A DNA stretch of 46,742 nt, from IMG/VR virus record IMGVR_UViG_3300037706_000012, positions 1 to 46,742 of that record, one strand, 5' to 3'. Both the position numbers and the translations under genes were made by a program. Of this stretch, positions 8,985 to 19,700 are shown piece by piece. Each line of letters starts with the position of its first letter. Within the stretch, counting starts at the first letter, position 1. The notes below the pieces were generated by a model. It was given only the letters and a program-made list of their open reading frames with translations. It did not search any database and was not told where the DNA came from. Source of the DNA: a virus (lineage: Duplodnaviria > Caudoviricetes).

Positions 8985-9093
8985 AATCCGCCAGTAGACC
9001 TCCGGGTTTACTGGCGGATTTGCGTATTGTGCAGATGTACAGCATACTGAGGGTGCCGGGCAAGAAGCCCGGCGGAACTGAGGAGGGGCCAAG
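8984..9093 (+). promoter_or_regulatory. Promoter cassette D with a 13-bp inverted repeat overlapping the -35 box
   Basis: AAATCCGCCAGTA (8984-96) / TACTGGCGGATTT (9009-21); TTGCGT-17 nt-CATACT; GAGGAGG RBS. Confidence 0.65.
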
Positions 9094-10068
9094 ATGGCAC
9101 ACGAGATCGAGACCCACGGCGGCAAAGCCATGTTCGCCAGCGCCAACGTGCAGGCATGGCACAGGCTGGGCACGGTGCTGGACCACACGATGACCGCCCA
9201 GGAGGCCATGGACGTGGCCTTCCTCGGCGGCTGGAACGTCCGCAAGGAGGCCATCGTCACGGCCAGCGGTCTGGCAGTTCCGGGCCGCGCAGCCACGGTG
9301 CGAACGAACCCGCTCACAGGCCAGGACGAAGTTCTCGGGGACGTGGGGCATAACTACCACATCATCCAAAACGAGCAGCACGCCGAGTTTCTCAACATCC
9401 TGGTGGACGAATCGGGAGCACACTTCGAGACGGTAGGGTACGCCGGCGGCAAGGTCTTCCTGACCATGAAACTCCCAGGTCACATGGCCGTGGGCGGGAA
9501 GGGTGGCGACCAGGTGGACATGTACATCTCGGCGATCAACGGTCACGACGGGGGCACGCCGTTCACGCTGGCGGTCACACCGGTGCGCATGGTGTGCGCC
9601 AACACCATCCGGTTCGGTCTGGCGCAGGCACAGTCCGTGTTCAAGATCCGGCACAGCAGCGGCGCGGAGAAGGCGATCCGCCAGGAGGCTCGTCAGAAGC
9701 TGGACCTCACGTTCAACTACCTGGACACCTTCCAGGAGGAGGCCAACCACCTGGTCGACACCGCCCTGACCCAGGTGCGTTTCGAGGAGATCATCGTCAG
9801 GGAGTTCGGCGCCCCCAAGGATGCCGCCCAGGCGACCCGCACGCGGGCGGACCGCAAGCTGGACGAGATGTCCCGGCTGTTCTCGCAGGCCGACACACAG
9901 GCCAACATCCGCGACACCGCGTGGGCTGGGTTCAACGCTCTGACCGAGTGGTACGACCACCTGTCCCCCGTCCGTGGGGACGACCCGGAGACCAGCCGTG
10001 CGCTGAACGCCGCTCTGTACTCTGACAAGTGGAAGACCAAGGCGTACCGCATCATGGCGGGTGTGTGA
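9094..10068 (+). CDS. DUF932-family phage/plasmid protein
   Basis: AWHRLGTV, LGGWNVRKE, YHIIQNE, NGHDGG, TPVRMVCANT, IRHS, TAWAGFNALTEWYDH. Confidence 0.85.
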   Translation: MAHEIETHGGKAMFASANVQAWHRLGTVLDHTMTAQEAMDVAFLGGWNVRKEAIVTASGLAVPGRAATVRTNPLTGQDEVLGDVGHNYHIIQNEQHAEFLNILVDESGAHFETVGYAGGKVFLTMKLPGHMAVGGKGGDQVDMYISAINGHDGGTPFTLAVTPVRMVCANTIRFGLAQAQSVFKIRHSSGAEKAIRQEARQKLDLTFNYLDTFQEEANHLVDTALTQVRFEEIIVREFGAPKDAAQATRTRADRKLDEMSRLFSQADTQANIRDTAWAGFNALTEWYDHLSPVRGDDPETSRALNAALYSDKWKTKAYRIMAGV

Positions 10069-10223
10069 TGTCCGGTCTCTACGACGGGGTCGGGTGCCGC
10101 AACCCATACTGCACCAAGCGGGAATCGCACCCGCACGGGGACCAGTGCTCTGGGGACTGCTCCACGTGCCACGACCACCCACTCGGCTACGACGATGACC
10201 TGGAAGGTCGAGAAGACTACTGA
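10068..10223 (+). CDS. Small Cys/His-rich protein
   Basis: CRNPYC...HPH..C...CSTCHDH; TGATG coupling. Confidence 0.6.
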   Translation: MSGLYDGVGCRNPYCTKRESHPHGDQCSGDCSTCHDHPLGYDDDLEGREDY

Positions 10224-10228
10224 TGGGG

Positions 10229-10277
10229 CACAGGAAGAGCCCCCCACCAGTTCGACCGGTGGGGGGCTCTTCCTGTG
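10229..10277. terminator. Bidirectional terminator where early and late transcription converge
   Basis: 20-bp perfect stem CACAGGAAGAGCCCCCCACC / GGTGGGGGGCTCTTCCTGTG. Confidence 0.85.
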
Positions 10278-10283
10278 TGTCTG

Positions 10284-10589
10284 CTACTCGTCGTCCAGGA
10301 TGGCCTCGTCGATCACCATACCCGTGGGCATCGGGCTGGCCTCACCAGCCACGCGGATGCCGTCCTCGCGGATGATCTCCACGACCTTGGCGTTGGGCGT
10401 CACCGAGGATCGGGTCCACCAGGCAACCACCAGCGGCAACACCGCGTAGACAGCGACCCATGCCGTGTCGACCTGAGCGGCCACGCCGCTCAGGTCCAGT
10501 CCGACGGTTGCGGCCACGGTCGCTGCCGCTGCCAGGATGGCGCGCAGCAGCGCCGGCTCGAACGCCTTCACTCGTTCCCACCATGTCAT
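10284..10589 (-). CDS. Putative holin (2 TM)
   Basis: EPALLRAILAAAATV...; second TM segment; WTRSSVTPNAKV; directly downstream of endolysin. Confidence 0.75.
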   Translation of the reverse strand: MTWWERVKAFEPALLRAILAAAATVAATVGLDLSGVAAQVDTAWVAVYAVLPLVVAWWTRSSVTPNAKVVEIIREDGIRVAGEASPMPTGMVIDEAILDDE

Positions 10590-10602
10590 GTTCTTGTCTC
10601 CT

Positions 10603-11487
10603 CTACTTCAGTGCCTTGGCACGGATCGCCTTGTACATGCTGTCGGTGTGGCCTCCCCAGACTCCATCGGCAGTGACGCCCATGGCCTTCTGGATCTCCT
10701 TGACGGTCCGGATGTGCGCGGCACGGCTGTCCGGCCCCCAGGAGCCGTCCGGCGCGGCGCCCACAGCCCACTGCGTGTCGTCCACGCCGTAGGGGAACTT
10801 CTCCCCGAACATGGGGCTGGCCAGCCGGACAGAGCTCAGACGCTTCTGGGTGTTGGGGCCCCAGACGCCGTCCTTGACGGCTCCCACAGCGCCTTGCATG
10901 TTCTCCACGCGCTTGACGAGAGCCGCGTTGCCGACCGGCTGGGTATCGACCGGGTAGCTGGGCGCAGCCTTGCCTCGATACTGGTCCCTGGACGGGTAGT
11001 AGGTCAGGTGCCACACCTCGCCGACCTGCCGGCCCTCGTCGTCGTCCCACCCGTACTTGGCTGCGACCTTGAGGAACCGGACGCGGTCAGGGTCGGACCA
11101 GCTCGACCAGATGACGGCCGTGTCGTACCCCGGGTCGCCGGGCGAACGTCGGGTCTTGACGTCGACCGCGATACCACCACCGTGGTTGCTGGTACCCGGC
11201 ACGGCGGCGGCGGCCCCAGTGACTCGACCCCAGGTGCGTCCGTCGCCACCCAGGTAGGTGGGCCAGAAGCGATAGTCGTTGAAAGGGCTGGTCGACCCGG
11301 AGCGGTACCGCTCACGGAACAGGCGCTCCTGCGTCTCGTACGAGCGCCAGGCGCCGGTCAGCAGAACCTTCTTGCCGAACTCCCGCACGGCGCGGTCCCA
11401 GGCGTAGGCCGCATCGCTCCGGAGCACGAACCCCGGGTTCTCCTGGAGCTCGCGCCCCTCACTTCGGTTGATCTGCGGGGTGGTCAT
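10603..11487 (-). CDS. Endolysin: M15-family Zn peptidase with C-terminal peptidoglycan-binding repeats
   Basis: RSYETQERL, AAVPGTSNHGGGIAVD (H-x6-D), EVWHL; repeated DGxWG motifs. Confidence 0.9.
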   Translation of the reverse strand: MTTPQINRSEGRELQENPGFVLRSDAAYAWDRAVREFGKKVLLTGAWRSYETQERLFRERYRSGSTSPFNDYRFWPTYLGGDGRTWGRVTGAAAAVPGTSNHGGGIAVDVKTRRSPGDPGYDTAVIWSSWSDPDRVRFLKVAAKYGWDDDEGRQVGEVWHLTYYPSRDQYRGKAAPSYPVDTQPVGNAALVKRVENMQGAVGAVKDGVWGPNTQKRLSSVRLASPMFGEKFPYGVDDTQWAVGAAPDGSWGPDSRAAHIRTVKEIQKAMGVTADGVWGGHTDSMYKAIRAKALK

Positions 11488-11499
11488 GGTTGGTTCCTC

Positions 11500-11811
11500 T
11501 CAGTCGGTTACAGGGCGCCGAGGCACCGTAAGACCTGCTGCCATCATAGCCGTGAGCAGAACATGTACGTAGAGCCGCTCTCCGTAGAGCGACCGTTCCA
11601 CCAGTTCCAGTTCAGATTCAGCTCTGTCCCGCTCCCGTTCGGCGCGTTCGCGCTCGGTTACCAGGCGCCCCCACAGCTTGTCCTGTGTGGCCTGGCGGAA
11701 TTCCCGGTTGCCTGCCCGGTGGCGTAGTACGGCAGTAAGCACGCTGCCGCCCCCACCGAGTGTGACGATAAGAGCCAGGATTATCTCCGTGACCCCGATT
11801 TCGACCCCCAT
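11500..11811 (-). CDS. Membrane-anchored coiled-coil protein (lysis cassette)
   Basis: N-terminal TM followed by ERERAERERDRAESELE. Confidence 0.7.
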   Translation of the reverse strand: MGVEIGVTEIILALIVTLGGGGSVLTAVLRHRAGNREFRQATQDKLWGRLVTERERAERERDRAESELELVERSLYGERLYVHVLLTAMMAAGLTVPRRPVTD

Positions 11812-11823
11812 GGTTCCCCCGCC

Positions 11824-12216
11824 TCAGGCTTCGAGAGATTCTAGTTGTCTTCGCATACTGATGGCTCGGAGTAGCTGCAACAGCAGCCGGAGCCACTGCC
11901 GTAACACGGCAGCCACCAGAGCGAGCACGGTCCACCAGACGACGTTGGTCGGGTCCACGCCCAGTATCACCAGCACGCTGAGCAAGGCGCCGGCCAGCGG
12001 CCACAGCCCGATCGCCTCTGCCTCCCAGCGACCAGTGACCGACCCCACCATGCAGGGGATGGAGGTCGCCAGGATGACTCCCCCCACGGCAGTGATGTAG
12101 ATGGAGCTGTCCGCCACGATGGCCAGAAGACCCATCGACAGGCAGGCCAGGTACTGGACCGTCAGCACTAGGCGGTCGACCACCTTGGCCCATATCGGGG
12201 CGTCAATGTAGGGCAC
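11824..12216 (-). CDS. Multi-pass membrane protein (lysis cassette)
   Basis: About four hydrophobic segments. Confidence 0.7.
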   Translation of the reverse strand: MPYIDAPIWAKVVDRLVLTVQYLACLSMGLLAIVADSSIYITAVGGVILATSIPCMVGSVTGRWEAEAIGLWPLAGALLSVLVILGVDPTNVVWWTVLALVAAVLRQWLRLLLQLLRAISMRRQLESLEA

Positions 12217-12231
12217 GGTTCCGGGTCCTTT

Positions 12232-15200
12232 CTACCACGCTTGGAAGAACTTGTACGGGTAGTTGAAATTGAATGCGTAGGTGCGCCCGCTTGTCGGTGC
12301 GGCGGCGAGTTGAAGAACACCACTGCTGCCAAATATCTGAGCGCGTATGGCGTCACCCCCGAACTCCCACCCAACGATCCCCCGGATAGTGTTGTCCGGC
12401 CACAGGCTAGCCTGTGGGATAGTGACCACGTTCTGCCCGGCGGTCGCCCCGGCCGTTACACGGCCCTGAATGTACATAATGCCGAAACGCCAGGTGTACC
12501 TGAACTCCTCACCCGAAACGTGAGTCCATCCTGTCGCAAGGGGGGAGAACTGATTCCATTGACTGGCGTTACCTCTCCACGCCCAGTCGTCCTGACCGTC
12601 CCCTCTTACCGCGAAAGGACCCCATCCGCCTTGCCCGTCGCCCTTCACCTGGAAGAGTGGGATGGTGGGGTCCACCGACAGCGTCCGCTGCGACTTCAGC
12701 CGAGCCGGGTTCGCCTCCGGGAAGGTGTTGACGGTAGGTGCGCCTCCGCCGGCGGTCAACGGGAAGAAATCCATGTCGAAGCTGCTGGTCGTGTAGTCCC
12801 CGGACGCCTGGAGCTTCATGTCCGACAGGTCACCGAGCGGAGCGCTCCCGCGCTTGCCCCACAACTGCCAGCCGTTGGGGTCGTCGTCATCGCCGGAGAA
12901 CGACACTTCCTGCATGTCTACCCGTGTGATCGCCCGCTTTGGGCGCTTGGGAGCCGTCAGCACGAGACCCAGATCAGTGGTGTGCGTGCCCCCGGTAGCG
13001 TTGGTGTCCACGAACGCTTGACCAAGGTGGATAGGGTCCAGCGCAGGGTCCGACCAGTTGAGATCACTGTGCCGCCACAGGTACCCGGCGGACGTCACCG
13101 TGTAAAACCTGCCGTCCGCGCCGTCCCAGAATCCTCCCACACGCTGGCCTGGGGTATGCCAGTCATCGGCAGCCGCTGTGCCAACCCCGGAAGAGTTGTG
13201 GACCCTGTAGACACCGCCGTTGATGTGGCCCACGATCCAGCGTGTTGAACCGAAGTCGGCATTGCCCTTGTAGATGAAGCACTTCTCGCCGGATGGTGTG
13301 ACTGATGTGGCCGACGTAACCGACTCAAGTACAGAAATGGGATTGGTGCTGACGTCCACCCGGCGAAACCTGTAGTTGCTGCCTACCTCGTCGCACAGCA
13401 GCACATCGGTTCCGTTCCATCCCAGGACAACGTTACTGGTCTGGACCTCAGCGTATTGCCTGAGAACCCCATTCGTGTGCCGGAAGTACCAGTTACCGTT
13501 GGAGTGCTGCCTACCAAACCACCCGGCGAGCGAGTCAGTGTAGATACCCCCCGTGATGGTGTACCCCGACCAGTCTTCGAACCCGACGTAACTACCGTCC
13601 AGCTCGTACGTCCAGATACGGGTACCCGCCGCCTTGCTCTGGAAGATCAGAACACGCTCCTCGCTGGAACGGAAATCCCGACCGACTCCGATAGCCTCGT
13701 TGCAGTCCAGGGCGAAGTTCCCCAGGGAGCCGTTATGGGTCACGAGAGTCAGGGTGGTGCGCTCCCATACGGGGTAGATGTTGGGTTCGGCGGGGGCGGT
13801 GACCTTTTCCGCCAGGTTGACGACGCTGTCCTGGGCGAACTCGTTCAGGGGGGAATAGAAGGTGGTTCCCTCACGCACGACAAGGCCGTCCGCCTCCACC
13901 TGCCCTCGGAACCTGGCCTTCTCGCCCGGGGCTGTAGGCAGATCAACGCGTATGACCTCGTCCTCGTCGTATAGTCGGATGCCGTCCTGACTGATCTCCA
14001 CCCGCTGGCCGTCCTCAGCAGTAGTGATGGTGGAGCCCAGTAGGATCTCGCCGGCCAGGATCTCGCCCGTCACTGACCCAGCGACAAGCGCGTTGGTGGT
14101 GACGCTGTTGGCTGCCAGGTCCGGGCCCTCTACGGCCTGCACCAGCACCGGGTCCGACACCGCCGACCACGCACTGGCGTTGCCGCTGGTGTCCACCGAA
14201 CGGAGACGGACCTGCACCTCGTCGCCGTAGGTCTGGCCGGTCACCGGCAGCGTGCTCGCCCGGGTGAGGAAGCCGACCACCGTGGTCGGCGTGGCGGAGT
14301 CCTCCATGGCGACCTCGACACGGGCGAAGTCCTCCTCCATGGGCTGGGCGGTGTCGGACAAGCCGTCCCACGTCACACGCACGATGCCCAGCCGGCTGTC
14401 CACCACGGGCAGTGACGGCACGCTGGGCGGCGTCACGTCCCCAGGCACCACTATGTTCTCCGTGGCGGACCAGGCGGACGGCAGGGTGGTGCGGGCCCCC
14501 ACGGCACGTACGCGGACGTCTACGGAGTCGCCAGGGGTCAGGTCGCGCACCTCGGCGGAGATCTCCCCCGTGAAGATGGCCTGCCAGTCGCCGGAGCCGA
14601 TGCGCCACTGCATCTCGTACCCGGCGATGACCATGGGGCCGGCGTCGGTGCCCGTGGTGACCACGTCCCAGTCAGCCGTTACCACGCCCCTGGGGATGGA
14701 CCCGATGAACTCCACAGCGGCCGACAGCCCCAGGTTGGCGGGTACGGACGGGATACGGTCAGCCTCTGGGTCCACTGCGATCGGCGCCGGAGCCCCACCG
14801 GATCCCACCTGACCGGGCAATGCGGCGCCCAGCTTGCGACGCTGGCGGATGTCGGCGTCCAGGAACCGGTCATTGAGGACCAGGTTCCCGCCGAACCCAT
14901 CCTGACCCCAGGTCAGGGTGACCTGCTGCACCCGGACGGCTTCGCCCGGCACGCTGGTCGGGGCAGTGATCCAGGCACCGGGCCAGTAGTCCAGCAACGG
15001 GCGCGGTGCCCCCTCGTGCAGGATCAGCTCCCGGGTGTACTGCTGGCGAACTCGGCTGGTGCGGTCCAGCTCAGCCTGGCCCACAGCCTCGGCGGCGGTC
15101 TGGTCGTCCACCTGACCGATGCTCAGCAGCCGCCGCCACTTTCCCCACGGTGTGGGCGCCGTGGGCTCCTCCACGATCACTGTCCCGCCGGCACTGGCGC

Positions 15201-15918
15201 GTACCGCCACGCCTGAGATCATCTGCTCGATGCTCTCGTCGCTGGGTGCTGCGCCGATCTCGTGCCCCAGTCGTAGCACGATCGACTCGGACAGGTCCGG
15301 GGAGAGGTTGGCGCTGTCCGCCTGGTAGATGTACAGGCCGCGTGCCTGGGTGGCCCAGTCCAGTGCGCCGGCCTCTTGCAGGCCGCGCACGATGGCCAGG
15401 TAGTCCGTGCCGTATTCGAACACCTGGTCCGGCAGCACGGGCCAGACGCCGGGCTCCTCGATCAGAGTGACAGGCGGGCCGCCGTAGCTGTCGCTCTCAC
15501 TGAGAAGCGTGTCCAGCAGACTGTCCGCCGTCTCGCCGGTGAACACCCGTCGGCCGTCCGACGCCACGCCCATCGTCAGAAGAGCCTTGGTCAGCAGCCA
15601 TCCCCAGCTACGGAACGTGACCGAGAACACCTCCATGTCGTCGGCCAGGTCGTCGCCCTGGCCCAGGCGCACCAGACGGCAGCCACGGGGCTCCACCCAG
15701 GTGTCGGTCTGGTCATCCCAGAGCTCCAGGGCGACCTCCAGCCCCTGTTCGTCCATGGACCGCTGGAGGTACTCCCCGCCGGCCGCCAGGCTGGAGTACT
15801 GCACGGTGAGTGCGCCCACGTCTCCGTGGACCACGGAGATATCCCAGCTCAGCGGGTCGGGCAGATAGCCCAGGTGCCCGCTGTTGGGTTCGTATGCGCG
15901 TAGTCGAGCTGCGAACAC
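12232..15918 (-). CDS. Minor tail protein (tail tip / receptor binding) with fibronectin type III-like domains
   Basis: Second gene after tape measure; Fn3-like motifs GYEMQWR...VRVRAVG...SAWS and VDTSGNASAWS; beta-rich C-terminus. Confidence 0.85.
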   Translation of the reverse strand: MFAARLRAYEPNSGHLGYLPDPLSWDISVVHGDVGALTVQYSSLAAGGEYLQRSMDEQGLEVALELWDDQTDTWVEPRGCRLVRLGQGDDLADDMEVFSVTFRSWGWLLTKALLTMGVASDGRRVFTGETADSLLDTLLSESDSYGGPPVTLIEEPGVWPVLPDQVFEYGTDYLAIVRGLQEAGALDWATQARGLYIYQADSANLSPDLSESIVLRLGHEIGAAPSDESIEQMISGVAVRASAGGTVIVEEPTAPTPWGKWRRLLSIGQVDDQTAAEAVGQAELDRTSRVRQQYTRELILHEGAPRPLLDYWPGAWITAPTSVPGEAVRVQQVTLTWGQDGFGGNLVLNDRFLDADIRQRRKLGAALPGQVGSGGAPAPIAVDPEADRIPSVPANLGLSAAVEFIGSIPRGVVTADWDVVTTGTDAGPMVIAGYEMQWRIGSGDWQAIFTGEISAEVRDLTPGDSVDVRVRAVGARTTLPSAWSATENIVVPGDVTPPSVPSLPVVDSRLGIVRVTWDGLSDTAQPMEEDFARVEVAMEDSATPTTVVGFLTRASTLPVTGQTYGDEVQVRLRSVDTSGNASAWSAVSDPVLVQAVEGPDLAANSVTTNALVAGSVTGEILAGEILLGSTITTAEDGQRVEISQDGIRLYDEDEVIRVDLPTAPGEKARFRGQVEADGLVVREGTTFYSPLNEFAQDSVVNLAEKVTAPAEPNIYPVWERTTLTLVTHNGSLGNFALDCNEAIGVGRDFRSSEERVLIFQSKAAGTRIWTYELDGSYVGFEDWSGYTITGGIYTDSLAGWFGRQHSNGNWYFRHTNGVLRQYAEVQTSNVVLGWNGTDVLLCDEVGSNYRFRRVDVSTNPISVLESVTSATSVTPSGEKCFIYKGNADFGSTRWIVGHINGGVYRVHNSSGVGTAAADDWHTPGQRVGGFWDGADGRFYTVTSAGYLWRHSDLNWSDPALDPIHLGQAFVDTNATGGTHTTDLGLVLTAPKRPKRAITRVDMQEVSFSGDDDDPNGWQLWGKRGSAPLGDLSDMKLQASGDYTTSSFDMDFFPLTAGGGAPTVNTFPEANPARLKSQRTLSVDPTIPLFQVKGDGQGGWGPFAVRGDGQDDWAWRGNASQWNQFSPLATGWTHVSGEEFRYTWRFGIMYIQGRVTAGATAGQNVVTIPQASLWPDNTIRGIVGWEFGGDAIRAQIFGSSGVLQLAAAPTSGRTYAFNFNYPYKFFQAW

Positions 15919-15955
15919 TGTCCACCTCCGGTCAGATTATAGAAAAGCGTACCGT

Positions 15956-16789
15956 CTACAGGTAGGCGGGAGCGGCACGCACCGTGAGCGCGGTAGTGGC
16001 GTCGAACCCAACACCGTTCACGGTCAGGTTGGCCGCGCGCACAGCCGGGTCCACGCCGGCCATGCGGGGCCAGATCTGGAGCGGTCCGGCCCCCGGGTAG
16101 CTCAGAGTGGTGGACTCGTTGGTGCCGCCGGAAGTCCAGTCCGTCGCGGTAGACGAAACGCGGGCAGTCAGGCTGGCCGCGTTCAGGAACAGGTACTCCC
16201 CGGCGTCCAGCGTGCCGGTCCAGGAGACGCCGGTTCCGGTCACCTGGTCCAGGACTTCTATCTGGTCCAGTGGGCCGACCAGACGGAGAATCGCGTCCGT
16301 CACTGGAGCCGTGCCGGCCGCCAGGTGCGCCACGGGCACAGTGGCTCCGTTGGTGACCACGGTGGGCGTACTGTCGGCGCTGGCCGCGCGTAGGAACACG
16401 GACGGCACTGTCAGTTGCACGCTGAACCGTGCAGCCGTTCCCGCCCCTGCCAGGTGGTGGTCCGTGGGGGTGACGTTGATCAGGTCAGCAGGGGCGGACG
16501 AGGCCGCGCCGTCCACCGTGCGCCCCAGGACCAGACCGGGCGCACCCAGTAGTCCGACCAGCTCATTGGCGGCAGCCTCCAGACTGGGGGTCTCGCCCCG
16601 GAGCAGCATCTCAAGGATGGCAGTCGCCTCCTCGAACACCGGTGGCCGGCCGTTCGGGAGAGACCCGTGGCGCCCGGGGATCACCAGCGAGCTACGCCGC
16701 GTGACCACAGGAAGCCGCCACATGCTGGCGGACTGCACGCGCCAGCGGCTGGCGTCCACACCGCTGAGAGACCAGGACATCAGGGCCAT
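15956..16789 (-). CDS. Minor tail protein (distal-tail-like)
   Basis: Coupled to tape measure stop; IPGRHGSL motif; size and position. Confidence 0.8.
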   Translation of the reverse strand: MALMSWSLSGVDASRWRVQSASMWRLPVVTRRSSLVIPGRHGSLPNGRPPVFEEATAILEMLLRGETPSLEAAANELVGLLGAPGLVLGRTVDGAASSAPADLINVTPTDHHLAGAGTAARFSVQLTVPSVFLRAASADSTPTVVTNGATVPVAHLAAGTAPVTDAILRLVGPLDQIEVLDQVTGTGVSWTGTLDAGEYLFLNAASLTARVSSTATDWTSGGTNESTTLSYPGAGPLQIWPRMAGVDPAVRAANLTVNGVGFDATTALTVRAAPAYL

Positions 16790-19700
16790 CAGGAGACCTC
16801 CGCCGCGAATTGGAGCTTTTGGTTGGTGCGCTTGGACGCCGGTTCCGCGACCGGGTAGTACACGTTATTGGTCTGGTAGATGGTCTTGCTGTCCCCAGCG
16901 AAGCCGATACCCTGGCTTGCCCCCGTGAAGCTGGCAGACCCTCCGGCCACATAGTTGCCGCTGGCCGTGGCGAGCAGTGCGGCGGAAGCCTTGCCGACTT
17001 GCAGTTCCTGATCCTCCAGGCCCAGCACCAGGCCATCCCCCACGAAGCCCATCAGATTCCGCATCACGGTGGACGGGGACTTGATACCGAGTGCCTTCTT
17101 CAGAGCATCTTCCATGGCCTTGGCGATCTTCAGAATCTGGCCCTCGATGGCGGCTTGCTGACTCTCCAGCCCCGCGACCAGACCGTTGGCAGCCTGCAAC
17201 CCACCCTGGTAGAACCCTTGCGTGACAATCTCTCCGGTGGTGCGAGCCAATCGGTCGAGGTCCGCGTACGCGGTGTTCAGTTGGGTGGTCTCAGACGTAG
17301 ACAGGGACAGCAGTGCATCCGCCGCTGCGATACCGCCCTCCACCCCCATGGCCGCGATCTCCTGGAGGATCACTCCCTTGAAGCCGCGTGCTTGTAGAGC
17401 CTGCATCTTCTGAGAGAAGACACGGGCCCGCTCCGCGTACGCCTGCGCCGCTCCGAGTAGTTGCTGCCCTGTGGCCGGGATCTCGGCACCGGACCAAGGG
17501 TTGGTGCCGCCTTCCACCCCGCCCAGGCTGAAACCACCGACGATAGTTCCGGCGACGTTGCCCTTGATACTGGCCAGTTCGTCGGCCCGGTCTCGGGCGT
17601 CCGCCAGCTTGGCCTCGATCTTCTCGGCCTGGGTGTACAGACGCCTGAGGTTCTTCTCCGCGTTGTTGGCCTGTTTGTCCAGCTTGCGCTGCCCGAACTG
17701 GGAGAGGCTGGGGTCGTCCGCGATGCTGCGGAGCTGGTCCACCGCACTGTACGCGCCGCTCAAACCGGAGGTGACGCTGTCTCGCAGGTTGCCCCGACGA
17801 AGATCCTTGCGCACGTCCTGTTGCACAGCCTGGAGGTCTCTGAGACGCTTCCGCGCGTCTTCGTATGCCTGTTCCGCCTTGGCCAGGTTCTCCTCAGCAC
17901 GATCCACCCAGCGCTCGTTATTACTCCTGCGAGCACGACGCAAGGTGTCCCGAGCGGAGATGACCCGTCGCCGGCCCCGTGTCGCCTGCTGTCGGGCAGT
18001 CCTGACGGCACCTCCGTCAGCAAACGCCAGCATGCCGGACTGCACCGCCTCGCGAAGACGGTATACCGCGTCGTGGCCACCAGCCTTCACCACGTCACTG
18101 GCAGTCCAGACGTGTTCTCCGTTGCTCAAGCGAGCCGTGATGCTGTCGCTGGTGCCTGACCCAGGCCCGCTGACCTGTCCGCCACCGGCGAAGGTGGTGC
18201 CTCCAGATCCCCCACGGCCCTGGGCAACCTGCTGCACGGTGGTGACCGTGATGGTCTTGCCACTGGGCAGGTTCAGTACCTGCCGGCGAACCCTGTCCAG
18301 GGCGCCTTCGGCTTGCCCGGTGTCGGCCGTGATCTTGGTCTCGACGTTCTTGGGGATCAGGCCCAGCTTGTCGGCCAGTTCACGCGCCTTACCGCTAGAC
18401 ACGCCCATAGATTCGGCAGTCTTGATGAACGCCGTACGCGCTTCCGCCATGTGGCCACGGAGCTGCTTCTGACTGGCCCCGTTCTCCTTGGCGGATTCGA
18501 CCACGTCCAGACCAGACCTGGCGATGTTGTCCAGTGCGGTGGCGTTGGCACGGCCCTTCTCAGTGTTGATGTCAAGGGTCTTGCCGTTGTCCTTCAGTGC
18601 TTGGCGAGCCTCGTCGATAGCGGCCTGGAACTCGCGCTGGGCGGACCGGGCGTCCAACGCTGCCCCGGCCGCGTCCAGCATCGCCTTGAACTGGTCTTCT
18701 AGTGCCTGGGTCTGCTCCTCGATGGCACTCGTGGTGTCCTCAGTGGCTGCTCCGAGGGATTCCTCCGCGCCGGCCGCTGCCTCGGCCGGCGGTACCAGCT
18801 CGCCGGTGGCCAGCTTCAGGAGAGTGGTGTCGTCAGTGGCGAGTCCGGCACCCTCCGCGATCTCGTACAGAGCGTCCTTGAACCCGGGCATGGCAGCCAT
18901 CAGGTTCGAGATGGACTCTCCGGATCCGTCTGTCTGGTCGATCAGGGAGTTGAACGCCTCGGCAGCCTTGGGGAGATCGTCGGAGGCTGTCTGCCCCAGT
19001 TGCACGCCCACGTCCGCCAGACGCGTCTCCAGCTCACCGAGCTGGGCCTCATCTTCCTTCCACACGTCCGTCAGGTTGCTGGCCCCGACGTTGACGTCGG
19101 ACATCCACTGGAGGAATCCACCCTGCTGGATAGTCCGGAGCTTGCCGTCCAGGTTGGTGATGTTGCCCAGGTCGGCGAACAGGGCGTCCCCGCTGCCGCT
19201 CTCCACAGTCTCGTCGATGGCCTGCTTCAGCTCTGCGACGCCGATGCTGGCATCTTGCCCGGCTTGACCGATGGCATGCATCACGCCGATCAGCACTGCC
19301 ACGGCTCCCGCTGTGGCTGCCACCCGCTTGAACCCCGAGGACATCTTGTTGGCCGTGGCCTCGCTGATGATGCCGAGCTCCACCATGGCGGTTCGGGTCT
19401 CCAGCGTGGCGATCGCCATCTTACTGAGCCCAGCCAACCCGAGCAGTACCAGCCCGCCACCGCCGACGATCGCCAGGGTGGCCTGCTGCACGGCCGGGGG
19501 CATCTCCCCGAATTGGTTCAGTACCTCGGTCAGGCTGGTCACCAGCGACCGGAGTGGACCGTTGGCGCCCTCACCCATGCCGATGAGCAGCGTCTCCCAG
19601 CTACCACCCAGCGCCTCCAGGTCGCCCTGGAGGTTGTCCAGACGCTTGGCTGCGGCTTCCTGAGCGTAGCCGTTGTCGTCGACAGCCTCCGTCATCTCCC

